Part shown: in pieces, positions 25,557 through 33,712 of the stretch
How the letters are laid out: the number at the start of each line of letters is the position of its first letter
How positions within the stretch are numbered: position 1 is the stretch's first letter
Source of the DNA: a virus
Strand: one strand, 5' to 3'
IMG/VR virus record: IMGVR_UViG_3300045988_047527
Length of the DNA stretch: 42,227 nucleotides
Program-made: the position numbers and the translations under genes
Notes under the pieces: generated by a model
Database searches by the model: none
What the model was told of the DNA's origin: nothing
What the model saw: only the letters and a program-made list of their open reading frames with translations

Positions 25557-27972
25557 CATGGTGGGCGGCGCAGGCGGTGGTATCAAGCTGGAGAGCATTG
25601 CCATCACGACACCGCCTGACAATATCACATATCTCCCCGGAGAGGTCTTTGACCCTGCGGGGATGGTGGTCACGGCGTCGTACTCCAACGGGGCCACCCT
25701 GACGGCTACCGGCTGGACCTACTCCCCCAGCGGAGCACTGCCGGAGGGGACGAGTGAGGTGGAGATCATCTACACCGAGGCTGGGGTAACAAAGACCGCT
25801 GTGCAGGCCATCACTGTGGAGCGTGGGACCATCTCTGTGCCCACGGTATCTGGGAGCCTTACATACAATGGACAAGCCCAGAGCCCTACCCTGACGGGAT
25901 ACGATGCAGACAAGATGGTCCTATCCGGCGACACGTCCGGCACGAATGCTGGGAGCTATACGGCGGTGGTCACCCCAACAGAGCAGTACAAGTGGGCGGA
26001 CGGAAGCACGGAGGCGAAGGATATCCAGTGGTCTATTGCTAAGGCCACCCCCAGCATCACGTTTGACCCGGCATCTGTGAGCCTGGATACCTCCACCACA
26101 TCTCAGGCGGTGGCTGTCACCTACACGGGGGACGGCACTCTGTCCGCACAGTCTGATAACTCCGGCGTAGCTACAGCATCCCTGGAGGGGACAACCCTGA
26201 CAGTAACAGGTGTGGAGACCGGCAACACGGCCATCCAGGTATCGGCCAGCGAGGGGACAAACTACACGGCGGCCAGCGCCTCTCTGAGCGTGGCGGTGCA
26301 GTTTGCGATTATCATTCCGGTGGTTCCAACACAGAGCGGAAGCCTGACATACAAACCATATACGTTGCAAACAGTATCATGGAACAACTACGACCCGGAT
26401 CAGCTGACCATTGGAGGGAGTGTCAAAGGCACCAATGCAGGGACTTACACCGCAACATTTACTCCTAAGCCCGGCTACCAGTGGTGGGATGGGACTACGG
26501 AGACGAAAAACGCGACGTGGACGATTAGGCAGGCGAACAACTCCGCTACTTTTTACCCAGATGGTACCCAAACACTAAATGCAAATAAAAGGTCTGTTAC
26601 CATTACTGTGACACCCCAATATGGAGAAATCAGCGCAAGCTGGATGGACCCAGACTATTCTCAATATGCTGATATTTCGGTAGACAACAGTTCGGCTGTT
26701 AGTGACGGATACTGCTACATCACAGTATCGGCAAAAAAGCAGGTTCCAGCGGAAATAGGCAAGATTGGTTATTATGTAGAAACCGAAGGATCTACTAATT
26801 ATGTCACAGTAAATTATGGAAAGTACGTTAAAATCGAATCCCTCACCTCCGTCTTCGGCGTCTCCTGGGACAGCTCCCAACCATCCACCGCCCTGACCCG
26901 TCTGACCAAAGCCAACGATCCCAACAAGCTGGTCACTGTTGACATCACAACCGAGCCAGTACCCGCAGTTGGGACAGGCTCAGGCTCCTCACCATTCGAT
27001 AACTATATGCCGTGGATGGGGATGGAGGAGTACAACATCATTAATACTTCTGGAAAAGTTTTAAACAAGAAAGGCGAATCTGGATTTACAAGGACAAACA
27101 TTAATGTGCCCGTAATGGTAAAAATCCCAGAGTTTTACTACAAAATCGAAAAGAGCGGAAGCATCTTCCGATATTACGTTGCGGATGGGCCAGTAGACGG
27201 ACTTTCTTTGCATCCGGGGAGCGGTGATAATTATTTGGCGAGGTATGAGGCCGGTGAAGCATCGTCAGGTACACTGGGGTTTATTCTTGCCAGCTATTCC
27301 GGTACGACCCCGAGTGTGAGCAAAACAAGAAGCACATTCCGGGATTACGCCAGAAACATGGCCTCCGGCTTCCAGCTCCGTGACATCGCCGCATGGTGCG
27401 CTTATGATTTGTTGTATCTGGTCGAATACGCCGATTGGGAGGGTCAAAAGAAGATAGCTCAGGGCCTCGTCAACAACCCATCAGTCAACAAAACTGGATT
27501 GACCGACGCCATGGTCTACCACACCGGAAGAGCAAACTCGAGTGATAATAGTGCGGTGCAGTACCGTTGGATTGAGAACCCGTGGGGGAATGTTCGGGAG
27601 TGGGTAGATGGAATCAACTTCCAAAACCGGACTGCTTATATCTGCACCGATCCTACCAAGTATGCTGACGACACCACCGCCAACTATACCTCCACCGGTG
27701 TCACTCTCAGCTCCACCACTGGCTGGATCAAAGGCTTGGGCCTATCCACCGATTTTCCGTGGGCCTATCTACCTAATGAGCCCGGAGGTAGTTCGACTAC
27801 CTACATCCCGGACTATATGTACTCCGGCGGCGGCTGGCGTGTGCTTAATGTCGGAGGTTCCTATAGTAAGCGCTTGAATGGCGGTCAGTTTTACTTCGAC
27901 GCGAGTAACACGTCATCGGACAAGAACTCCGACCTCGGCGCCCGTCTCCAGTTCCGGGAGGTGAAATCATGA
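25546..27972 (+). CDS. Receptor-binding tail protein: Ig-like and MBG-like repeats plus a C-type-lectin/FGE-sulfatase-like C-terminal domain
   Basis: N-terminal Ig-like module. Two MBG-like modules ([13 protein letters not shown]...GTNAGSYTA and SGSLTYKPY...GTNAGTYTA). A Big_2-like module. C-terminal [12 protein letters not shown] motif and GGSYS...LGARLQF tail. Confidence 0.7.
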   Translation: MVFNMVGGAGGGIKLESIAITTPPDNITYLPGEVFDPAGMVVTASYSNGATLTATGWTYSPSGALPEGTSEVEIIYTEAGVTKTAVQAITVERGTISVPTVSGSLTYNGQAQSPTLTGYDADKMVLSGDTSGTNAGSYTAVVTPTEQYKWADGSTEAKDIQWSIAKATPSITFDPASVSLDTSTTSQAVAVTYTGDGTLSAQSDNSGVATASLEGTTLTVTGVETGNTAIQVSASEGTNYTAASASLSVAVQFAIIIPVVPTQSGSLTYKPYTLQTVSWNNYDPDQLTIGGSVKGTNAGTYTATFTPKPGYQWWDGTTETKNATWTIRQANNSATFYPDGTQTLNANKRSVTITVTPQYGEISASWMDPDYSQYADISVDNSSAVSDGYCYITVSAKKQVPAEIGKIGYYVETEGSTNYVTVNYGKYVKIESLTSVFGVSWDSSQPSTALTRLTKANDPNKLVTVDITTEPVPAVGTGSGSSPFDNYMPWMGMEEYNIINTSGKVLNKKGESGFTRTNINVPVMVKIPEFYYKIEKSGSIFRYYVADGPVDGLSLHPGSGDNYLARYEAGEASSGTLGFILASYSGTTPSVSKTRSTFRDYARNMASGFQLRDIAAWCAYDLLYLVEYADWEGQKKIAQGLVNNPSVNKTGLTDAMVYHTGRANSSDNSAVQYRWIENPWGNVREWVDGINFQNRTAYICTDPTKYADDTTANYTSTGVTLSSTTGWIKGLGLSTDFPWAYLPNEPGGSSTTYIPDYMYSGGGWRVLNVGGSYSKRLNGGQFYFDASNTSSDKNSDLGARLQFREVKS

Positions 27973-28322
27973 GAGTAAGAGGCGATAACGACCCCGGCAC
28001 GTTCTCCATTGAGGCCATGCCCAATAAACCCGGATGGTGTCTGGTGCGGTTCTATGAGAATGTCGAAGAATACCATGAGCAGTTGGACGAGACCACCATC
28101 ACGGGCTGGGAGTATGACGAATATCACCTGGAACAGCCCACCATCTCCCGGGAGGATATCGAGGGCAACCTTGAGGTCTATCTGAGAGCGGCGAAAGAGG
28201 CCGAGGTCACCCCAGAGAGCCGCCTGGAGGATGTGGAGCAAAACAAGGCAGACAAGCAGGAGGTCGCCGCAGTATGGGACAGCATGGCGGCGGCGTACCA
28301 GGAAGGGGTGCAGAGCGCATGA
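27969..28322 (+). CDS. Hypothetical acidic protein
   Basis: 117 aa, SD GGGAGGTGA, ATGA-coupled on both sides. Confidence 0.5.
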   Translation: MRVRGDNDPGTFSIEAMPNKPGWCLVRFYENVEEYHEQLDETTITGWEYDEYHLEQPTISREDIEGNLEVYLRAAKEAEVTPESRLEDVEQNKADKQEVAAVWDSMAAAYQEGVQSA

Positions 28323-28762
28323 CAACCAAAGATTTGGTCCTCAGCATAATGAGGTCCCAGGGTGCGGCAGACGCCCTTGACCTGCGAAGCCGGGCCTCCG
28401 ATCTTGACGGCACAGCAATCATTGCCGAGGAGAGCAAGACCCCCGTATTTGACCCGGAAAAGGACTACTCAGGATGGCCCATCGGGGCCCCGGTGAGGGA
28501 CGGTGAGCAGCTGTATAAGCTCCTCCAGCCCTACAACGCCTCCACATGGCCTGACCAGAGGCCGGCGGACCTCCCTGCCCTGTGGTCTATCTGCCACACC
28601 AAAGACCCCTCCAAGGCAAAAGAGTGGCTGGCACCCAACGGCACCAGTGGCATGTACATGTCTGGGGAGTGCTGCGTGGATGGCGGCGTAGTATATCGCT
28701 GCCTGACGGACAACACCGTACATAGTCCAACAGATTACCCGCAGGCGTGGGAAAGGGTATAA
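28319..28762 (+). CDS. Hypothetical protein with possible carbohydrate-binding (CBM5/12-like) aromatic motifs
   Basis: ATG 28319 overlaps the upstream stop. The repeated pattern YKLLQPYNASTWPDQRP and YRCLTDNTVHSPTDYPQAWERV resembles CBM5/12 aromatic motifs. Confidence 0.4.
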   Translation: MTTKDLVLSIMRSQGAADALDLRSRASDLDGTAIIAEESKTPVFDPEKDYSGWPIGAPVRDGEQLYKLLQPYNASTWPDQRPADLPALWSICHTKDPSKAKEWLAPNGTSGMYMSGECCVDGGVVYRCLTDNTVHSPTDYPQAWERV

Positions 28763-28768
28763 AAAATC

Positions 28769-28798
28769 CCCCCCTGTACGGATAGGAATACAGGGGGG
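28769..28798. terminator. 10-bp GC-rich hairpin at the end of the tail/fibre operon
   Basis: CCCCCCTGTA-10 nt-TACAGGGGGG. The A-run lies upstream rather than downstream, so the U-tract falls on the minus-strand reading. Possibly a bidirectional terminator. Confidence 0.4.
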
Positions 28799-28927
28799 AA
28801 ACATCCGATTGTCGAAAAAAGGGGGTAACCTTTTCAGAGTTGGTCGGATGTGGCGTTATTATAGCACATCAAAATAGGGCCTGCAAGAGGAGAGCAAAAA
28901 TTTTGTCGAAATGGAGATACTTACCTG

Positions 28928-29254
28928 ATGGACGATAAATGCTTGATTGACCCACAGAGGGATTGCCTTGGACTCCAAAAGGCAAACATGCTGGAGCGGC
29001 AGATGGAGAAAATGCAGGAGCAGGCAAGAGATACCCACAATAAGCTGTTTGACCGAATAAGAGACCTGGAAAAAGCGGAAGCAGCCAGGAACGAGCAGTA
29101 CGAGAACATCATGGGGAAACTGGACAAGTTGATCGCTTGGCAGGAGGCAGAACAAGCGGCCCCAAAGAAGAGATGGGATTCCATCAAGGATAAGGCCGTC
29201 TGGGCTGTATTGGCCGCAGTGATTGCTTTCCTGCTGGGAAGGATCGGCCTATGA
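28928..29254 (+). CDS. XhlA-like lysis-associated membrane protein
   Basis: N-terminal Cys pair, central coiled coil and C-terminal TM helix (AVWAVLAAVIAFLLGRIGL). First gene of the lysis cassette. Confidence 0.55.
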   Translation: MDDKCLIDPQRDCLGLQKANMLERQMEKMQEQARDTHNKLFDRIRDLEKAEAARNEQYENIMGKLDKLIAWQEAEQAAPKKRWDSIKDKAVWAVLAAVIAFLLGRIGL

Positions 29255-29595
29255 GCACGCAGATGATCCTGGCCGTTGTATCGGCGTTCTCGCTGGCCTG
29301 CGTGTTCTGTCTGGGGCTGTGGTGGCTGTCCACCCACCGGTCCAAAAGGGGGTGCATGGAGACCATGAAAGCCGCCGTCTGGCTGTGCCTGTTCAATGGC
29401 TGCGCCTGGGTGTGGTGCTCCTATCTGCTGGCCTATCTGGGTCGTGAGCAGATCGCAGAACAGCTATCTGGGAAAGCCGTCACAGAGATCATTGCCGTGA
29501 TCCTGGCTTACGCCATCAAATCACTGGTGGAGAATCTGAGCAAGAATAATAATTGGCCCGATAAGGCCAGAAAGGATGAAACGACCCATGAATGA
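29251..29595 (+). CDS. Holin-like membrane protein
   Basis: 114 aa with two to three hydrophobic helices and a charged C-terminus. ATGA-coupled. Confidence 0.5.
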   Translation: MSTQMILAVVSAFSLACVFCLGLWWLSTHRSKRGCMETMKAAVWLCLFNGCAWVWCSYLLAYLGREQIAEQLSGKAVTEIIAVILAYAIKSLVENLSKNNNWPDKARKDETTHE

Positions 29596-29908
29596 ACTGA
29601 CCAACTATCTGCCCATGCTGCTGGCCCTGGTGCTGGCGCTGACCCTGGTGACCAACATCATCGTACAGGTGCTCAAGAGCCTGCTGTACGATATGCTCCC
29701 CACCAACCTGCTGGCCTTCCTGGTGGCCGCGGTAGTGACGGTGGGGGCGGGCTTCGGCCTGTGGTCCTATTACCGCTTTGCCATCACCGGCTGGATGATC
29801 GTGGCGCTGATCGCCCTCATCTTCCTGGTAGCCTTCTCCGCAATGTTCGGTTATGACAAACTGATGCAGCTGATGGAGCAGGCGGGGTGGATCAAGGCAC
29901 AGAGGTGA
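29576..29908 (+). CDS. Holin
   Basis: 110 aa with three predicted TM helices, directly upstream of the endolysin gene. Alternative start is ATG 29588. Confidence 0.65.
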   Translation: MKRPMNELTNYLPMLLALVLALTLVTNIIVQVLKSLLYDMLPTNLLAFLVAAVVTVGAGFGLWSYYRFAITGWMIVALIALIFLVAFSAMFGYDKLMQLMEQAGWIKAQR

Positions 29909-29919
29909 GGAGGCGCACT

Positions 29920-30603
29920 ATGGCAACCGCTGAAAAGATATTGGAGATCGCCCGGTCGCAGATCGGGGCCAAAGAATCCCCGGCCAAGAGTGATAATGTG
30001 AAATACAACACTGCCTACTATGGCAGGGAGGTATCCGATGGCAAACACCCCTGGTGCGCCGTGTTCGTCTGGTGGGTGTTCCGGGAGGCCGGGGCTCCCG
30101 AGTTGTACTACGGCGGCGGAGAGACCGCCTACTGTCCCACGCTGATGTCCTTCCACAAGAAGCAGAAGGTGACTGACTACCGGCCAGGAGACATCGTGTT
30201 CTTCAACTTCTCCGGCAGAAGCTCCGCCGGACATGTTGGCATCTGCGAGAGCTGGGACGGGACCTACATCACCACCATTGATGGCAACACCGGAAGCGCC
30301 AGTGAGGACAACGGAGGGGCGGTACTGCGCCGCCGGAGACACAAGAAATTCATTGTGGGGGCATATCGCCCCGAATATCAGGAGGATGATGATATGACTC
30401 AGGATCAGTTTAACAGCTTTATGGACAACTATTTGAAAGCGAAAGCGAAGGAACCGGCCAGCGACTGGGCAAAGCCGTTTATTGATACGGCAATCGATGT
30501 CGGAGCTATGACCGATGTGGGCGGGACGATCGAGCGGCCCAAGTCGTGGATGACCCGTGAAGAGCTGTCCGTGGTGGTTGCAGCGCTGGCAAGGAAGGGA
30601 TAA
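29920..30603 (+). CDS. CHAP-domain endolysin
   Basis: SD GAGGTGAGGAGG. Catalytic Cys context (KHPWCAVFVWW) and His context (AGHVGI...TIDGNT). The C-terminal part is a probable cell-wall-binding region. Confidence 0.85.
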   Translation: MATAEKILEIARSQIGAKESPAKSDNVKYNTAYYGREVSDGKHPWCAVFVWWVFREAGAPELYYGGGETAYCPTLMSFHKKQKVTDYRPGDIVFFNFSGRSSAGHVGICESWDGTYITTIDGNTGSASEDNGGAVLRRRRHKKFIVGAYRPEYQEDDDMTQDQFNSFMDNYLKAKAKEPASDWAKPFIDTAIDVGAMTDVGGTIERPKSWMTREELSVVVAALARKG

Positions 30604-30619
30604 AGAAAGGACGTGGAGC

Positions 30620-30880
30620 ATGGGCGGAAAAGTGAAGCTTCCTCCAGAATTGGCTGACCTTTTACGCTCTGATCTGGAACGTGCAATTTACGAGGCGGCC
30701 CTGCACCGGGACGATGATTTGATTGCCAGACGCTGTATTATTGAAAAATCAGCACAAGTCGATGTTGCGGCTGAGTTGGGCTGGGATAGGTCAACAGTGT
30801 CTCACCACCTTTCGTACATAATGGATGAAGTGAAGCGGTCCGCAAGTAGAATTGCACAAAAAGAAGGAGTCGGGAATTGA
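30620..30880 (+). CDS. Small sigma-70 region-4-like HTH DNA-binding protein
   Basis: The pattern DLIARRCIIEKSAQVDVAAELGWDRSTVSHHLSYIMDEV resembles sigma region 4 / DUF1492-type phage regulators. 86 aa. Confidence 0.5.
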   Translation: MGGKVKLPPELADLLRSDLERAIYEAALHRDDDLIARRCIIEKSAQVDVAAELGWDRSTVSHHLSYIMDEVKRSASRIAQKEGVGN

Positions 30881-30897
30881 CCCGGCTCCTTTTTATT
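30866..30897 (+). terminator. Rho-independent terminator
   Basis: GGAGTCGGG-6 nt-CCCGGCTCC followed by TTTTTATT. Confidence 0.6.
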
Positions 30898-30905
30898 GGT
30901 ATAAT
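30877..30905 (+). promoter_or_regulatory. Near-consensus sigma70 promoter TTGACC-17-TGgTATAAT
   Basis: -35 at 30877-30882. Extended -10 at 30898-30905. The 12-mer TGTGGAAACCCA begins 5 nt after the -10. Confidence 0.6.
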
Positions 30906-31060
30906 TCGGCTGTGGAAACCCACCGTCTACTGTCGAGTTTTATCCGCCTTTGTAGATGGTGTGCGGTTAAAAAAGACGGTTGCCTGACCATCCCGCGAGA
31001 GCGGAAAGGAAGGCGAAATATGTAGCCTCGCGGGAAATAATTCCTCGGGAGGTGATACAT

Positions 31061-31159
31061 ATTACTTTGACTTTCACCTTTGCAGTTTTGGGTGCCATTG
31101 GCTCCATTGCAAGCATTGTGTCCCTCGTGCTCTATGTGCACGATAGAAAGAAGAAGTGA
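31061..31159 (+). CDS. Small hydrophobic peptide (29-32 aa) with Lys-rich tail; candidate type I toxin
   Basis: SD GGGAGGTGA at 31047-31055. The frame ends at TGA 31157-31159. Product is (M)TLTFTFAVLGAIGSIASIVSLVLYVHDRKKK. The only available starts are ATT 31061 or TTG 31067. Confidence 0.4.
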   Translation: MTLTFTFAVLGAIGSIASIVSLVLYVHDRKKK

Positions 31160-31253
31160 GCCGTCTGCTGCAACAGAACGGCTCATGGATGTTTGAGGGC
31201 TAAGCCCTCGGCCCTGTAAGTCTTATGTATGTGGCAACCGTCTGGGTTTCCAC
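31140..31253 (-). ncRNA. Predicted antisense RNA overlapping the 3' end of the small-peptide ORF
   Basis: Inferred from the minus-strand consensus promoter (TSS near 31253) and the hairpin at 31184-31158, which is followed by a U/C-rich tract. Ends are approximate. Confidence 0.3.
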
Positions 31254-31259
31254 ACTTTT

Positions 31260-31287
31260 ATTATACCCCAAAGAAAACGAATGTCAA
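31260..31287 (-). promoter_or_regulatory. Consensus sigma70 promoter TTGACA-16-TATAAT (leftward)
   Basis: -35 at 31287-31282 and -10 at 31265-31260. The 12-mer TGTGGAAACCCA begins 5 nt after the -10, matching the geometry of the + strand promoter at 30877. Confidence 0.6.
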
Positions 31288-31323
31288 CTATGCAGAGTAA
31301 CGAAGTTACGTCGTTACGTATTT

Positions 31324-31356
31324 CACATAAATCCCACATAACTCCCACACAACTCC
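31324..31356. repeat. Three tandem 11-bp repeats CACA(T/C)AA(A/C)TCC
   Basis: CACATAAATCC, CACATAACTCC and CACACAACTCC, read directly from the sequence. One helical turn per unit. Confidence 0.9.
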
Positions 31357-31389
31357 CGCATGGATGCCACCCATGCGGGCTTATTTTAT
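31355..31389 (+). terminator. Rho-independent terminator
   Basis: CCCGCATGG-7 nt-CCATGCGGG followed by CTTATTTTAT. Confidence 0.7.
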
Positions 31390-31487
31390 GCGACAATATA
31401 TCCATGGAGGACGTGGGGAACAAGGGCTGTACACGTCGCAGTCCTCCTCACGGACTCCATTATTTTTATACAAAGGACGTGTGATAT

Positions 31488-31649
31488 ATGACTCCGGTAG
31501 AAAGGCTGGTGGCCGCCGGCATCCGACCGGACTGTGCCGCCGAGAGTGTGATGTGGTATCAGGCCCAGGGGGATGACTATGGGCTCCAAAAATACTTGGA
31601 TGAAATAGAAGCGAGGAAGGAGGCGCTGGACAATGGCCGGATTTCCTAA
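31488..31649 (+). CDS. Hypothetical small helical protein, 53 aa (cargo cassette gene 1)
   Basis: ATG 31488 with AAGGA upstream. Overlaps the next gene by 17 nt. Below the track size cutoff. Confidence 0.4.
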   Translation: MTPVERLVAAGIRPDCAAESVMWYQAQGDDYGLQKYLDEIEARKEALDNGRIS

Positions 31650-32121
31650 TTATACATACCCCGCTTATGGCGGATACAACCCAGTAACTCCGTTTGCGCC
31701 TGCTCCACAGATCTACCAGCCTATGCAGCAGCCCTCTCCGCAACCCGTACAGGCCGCACAGACGGTTGGGAATACAAACACACAGCCTAACTTTTTCTGC
31801 CGTCCTGTGGCCTCCCGAGAGGAGGCGCTTGGGGTCCCGGTAGACTTTATGGGTGCTCCAATGTTCTTCCCGGACCTTGCCCATAATGTGGTCTACATGA
31901 AACGATTCAATACCAACAGCGGTGCAGCTGATGTGTTCGAGTTTAAGCTCGATGTACCCAGAGAAAAACAGCAACAAGCCCCTGCGCAGGTGGCGGCCTT
32001 TGCTCCACTGGACGAGTTTATAGACATGAAGGACACAGTGCAAAACCTAAAAGATGAGGTGGACAGACTGAAAAAGCCCGCTGGAAAGGCAGTGAAAAAG
32101 AATGATGCCTCCGATGAATAA
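31633..32121 (+). CDS. Hypothetical protein with P/Q/Y-rich N-terminus (cargo gene 2)
   Basis: 162 aa, SD GGAAGGAGG. N-terminus is MAGFPNYTYPAYGGYNPVTPFAPAPQIYQPMQQPSPQP. Central part is globular; C-terminus is a charged coiled coil. Confidence 0.6.
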   Translation: MAGFPNYTYPAYGGYNPVTPFAPAPQIYQPMQQPSPQPVQAAQTVGNTNTQPNFFCRPVASREEALGVPVDFMGAPMFFPDLAHNVVYMKRFNTNSGAADVFEFKLDVPREKQQQAPAQVAAFAPLDEFIDMKDTVQNLKDEVDRLKKPAGKAVKKNDASDE

Positions 32122-32338
32122 TCCCATGATGGCTATGCTCCAGATGGCACGGAACGGCGGAAATCCCATGCAAATGCTCCAGCAAATGGCTGGGCAGAAC
32201 CCACAGGCCGCCCAGGCTATGCGGCTCATCCAGGGGAAAAACCCGCAGCAGCTCCGCCAAACTGCGGAGAACATGGCAAAGCAGAGAGGGACCTCAGTTG
32301 AGGAGATCGCAAGACAGCTTGGGATTCCGATGAAATAA
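32102..32338 (+). CDS. Hypothetical Met/Gln/Pro-rich small protein (cargo gene 3)
   Basis: 78 aa, beginning MMPPMNNPMMAMLQMARNGGNPMQMLQQMAGQNPQ. Overlaps the upstream gene end. Confidence 0.5.
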   Translation: MMPPMNNPMMAMLQMARNGGNPMQMLQQMAGQNPQAAQAMRLIQGKNPQQLRQTAENMAKQRGTSVEEIARQLGIPMK

Positions 32339-32444
32339 AATAGCGCACTCTTTATCAGTTTTCGGGTCTTGATAAAAACCGCTCTTTGGAAACATCCGGG
32401 GAGCGTACGGCCCCGATGTAATAACTGATAAAGGAGTATATACA

Positions 32445-33206
32445 ATGGATAACGATTTTGCGACTGGCTATGCGCTGGGCAGCGATTCCAACGGCGGAAA
32501 CTGTAACAACGGCGGCTTCTGGGGCGGTGACGGCTGGTGGGCTATCATCATCTTTGCCATGATCTTCGGCTGGGGCCGCGGTGGTTTCGGCGGCTTCGGT
32601 GGTGGCGGTGCCAGCACTGATCCCGGACTCCAGGGCCTTGCCACCCGCGCAGATGTAAACGAGGCCATTGCCTTCAACGGTGTGGAGCGCGGCATCTCTG
32701 CTATCCAGCAGGGCATCTGTGACAGCACCTATGCCCTGAACAACAGCATCACCAGCGGCTTCAACAACACCAATGTGGCTCTGCTTCAGGGCTTCAACGG
32801 TGTCCAGTCTCAGATGTGCAATATGGCCGCTCAGGCTCAGGATTGCTGCTGCCAGACCCAGCGGGCCATCGATGGTGTGAATTACAACATGGCGACCAAT
32901 ACCTGCGCCATCCAGAACACCATCCAGGGCAGCACCCGCGATATCCTGGAGAATAACAACTCCAACACCCGCGCCATTCTGGACTTCCTGACTCAGAGCA
33001 AGATCGATTCCCTCCAGGCGGAGAATCAGTCTCTCAAGCTGGCTGCCTCTCAGGCCAACCAGAACAGCTACCTGACCGCTACTCTGGATGCCCAGACCTC
33101 TGAGCTGATCCGCCGGATCAACCCCATGCCTGTGCCCGCCTATCAGGTGCCCGCCCCCTATCCCTACTGCGGGGCCTATAACAATGGCTGCGGCTGTGGC
33201 TGCTAA
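32445..33206 (+). CDS. Hypothetical membrane-anchored Gly/Cys/Asn/Gln-rich protein (cargo gene 4)
   Basis: 253 aa, SD AAAGGAG. One TM helix (WWAIIIFAMIFGW) flanked by Gly runs. CCC motif. C-terminus is YCGAYNNGCGCGC. Followed by its own terminator. Confidence 0.7.
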   Translation: MDNDFATGYALGSDSNGGNCNNGGFWGGDGWWAIIIFAMIFGWGRGGFGGFGGGGASTDPGLQGLATRADVNEAIAFNGVERGISAIQQGICDSTYALNNSITSGFNNTNVALLQGFNGVQSQMCNMAAQAQDCCCQTQRAIDGVNYNMATNTCAIQNTIQGSTRDILENNNSNTRAILDFLTQSKIDSLQAENQSLKLAASQANQNSYLTATLDAQTSELIRRINPMPVPAYQVPAPYPYCGAYNNGCGCGC

Positions 33207-33257
33207 ATTGCATCAAAATCGAGGCAATTAACTTTCCGGCTCTGCCGTGACTATTTC

Positions 33258-33294
33258 GGGGCGGTGGGCTGAGTGTCTGCCGCCCCTGATTTTT
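33258..33294 (+). terminator. Rho-independent terminator inside the cargo cassette
   Basis: GGGGCGG-15 nt-CCGCCCC followed by TGATTTTT. The SD of the next gene follows directly. Confidence 0.6.
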
Positions 33295-33304
33295 GGAGGT
33301 AATT

Positions 33305-33700
33305 ATGTCTTGTAAACCTGTATGCAGACTCTGTGACCGGCTTGTGATCTCTCAGGCGGTCGCTTTTACCGGCGGGAACCTGGAGATCAACCTGCCTGCT
33401 GGCGCCTACAACAACGGAGAGAAGTATTGCGTGGTCGTGGCTCAGGCCATCCCCGACACCACTACCATCAATGCTCCGGTATATTTTACCATCGGGACCG
33501 GGACTACTCTCTATCCCATGACAAAGCGGAATTGCGCTCAGGTCACCGCCTGTGGCATCCGTACCCGGACCAAATACTCTCTCTGTGTCGTTACTACCCC
33601 AACCGGAGGTTCGTTCCGTATGCTGGGCACTCCCTGCTGCTCCCCCAGCAACAACCTAACCAGCATTGACGGGGGCGCTGCTCCCGCCCCTACGGCGTAA
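33305..33700 (+). CDS. Hypothetical Cys-rich beta-rich small protein (cargo gene 5)
   Basis: 131 aa from ATG 33305 after GGAGGT. Nine Cys, including N-terminal CKPVCRLC and C-terminal PCC. Alternating beta-strand-like segments. Confidence 0.65.
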   Translation: MSCKPVCRLCDRLVISQAVAFTGGNLEINLPAGAYNNGEKYCVVVAQAIPDTTTINAPVYFTIGTGTTLYPMTKRNCAQVTACGIRTRTKYSLCVVTTPTGGSFRMLGTPCCSPSNNLTSIDGGAAPAPTA

Positions 33701-33712
33701 GGAGGGATCAAA

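Noticed and set aside
25546-27972. A diversity-generating retroelement acting on the lectin-like C-terminus of the fibre protein.
   Set aside because: No reverse-transcriptase ORF (no YxDD-type polymerase motif in any track ORF). No template-repeat copy of the 3' end is visible anywhere in the window.
30893-31186. Track ORF of 97 aa on the minus strand across the small-peptide locus.
   Set aside because: It has no SD before its ATG and a random-looking Arg/His-rich sequence. It overlaps the SD-preceded hydrophobic peptide ORF. The leftward transcript is better explained as a non-coding antisense RNA.
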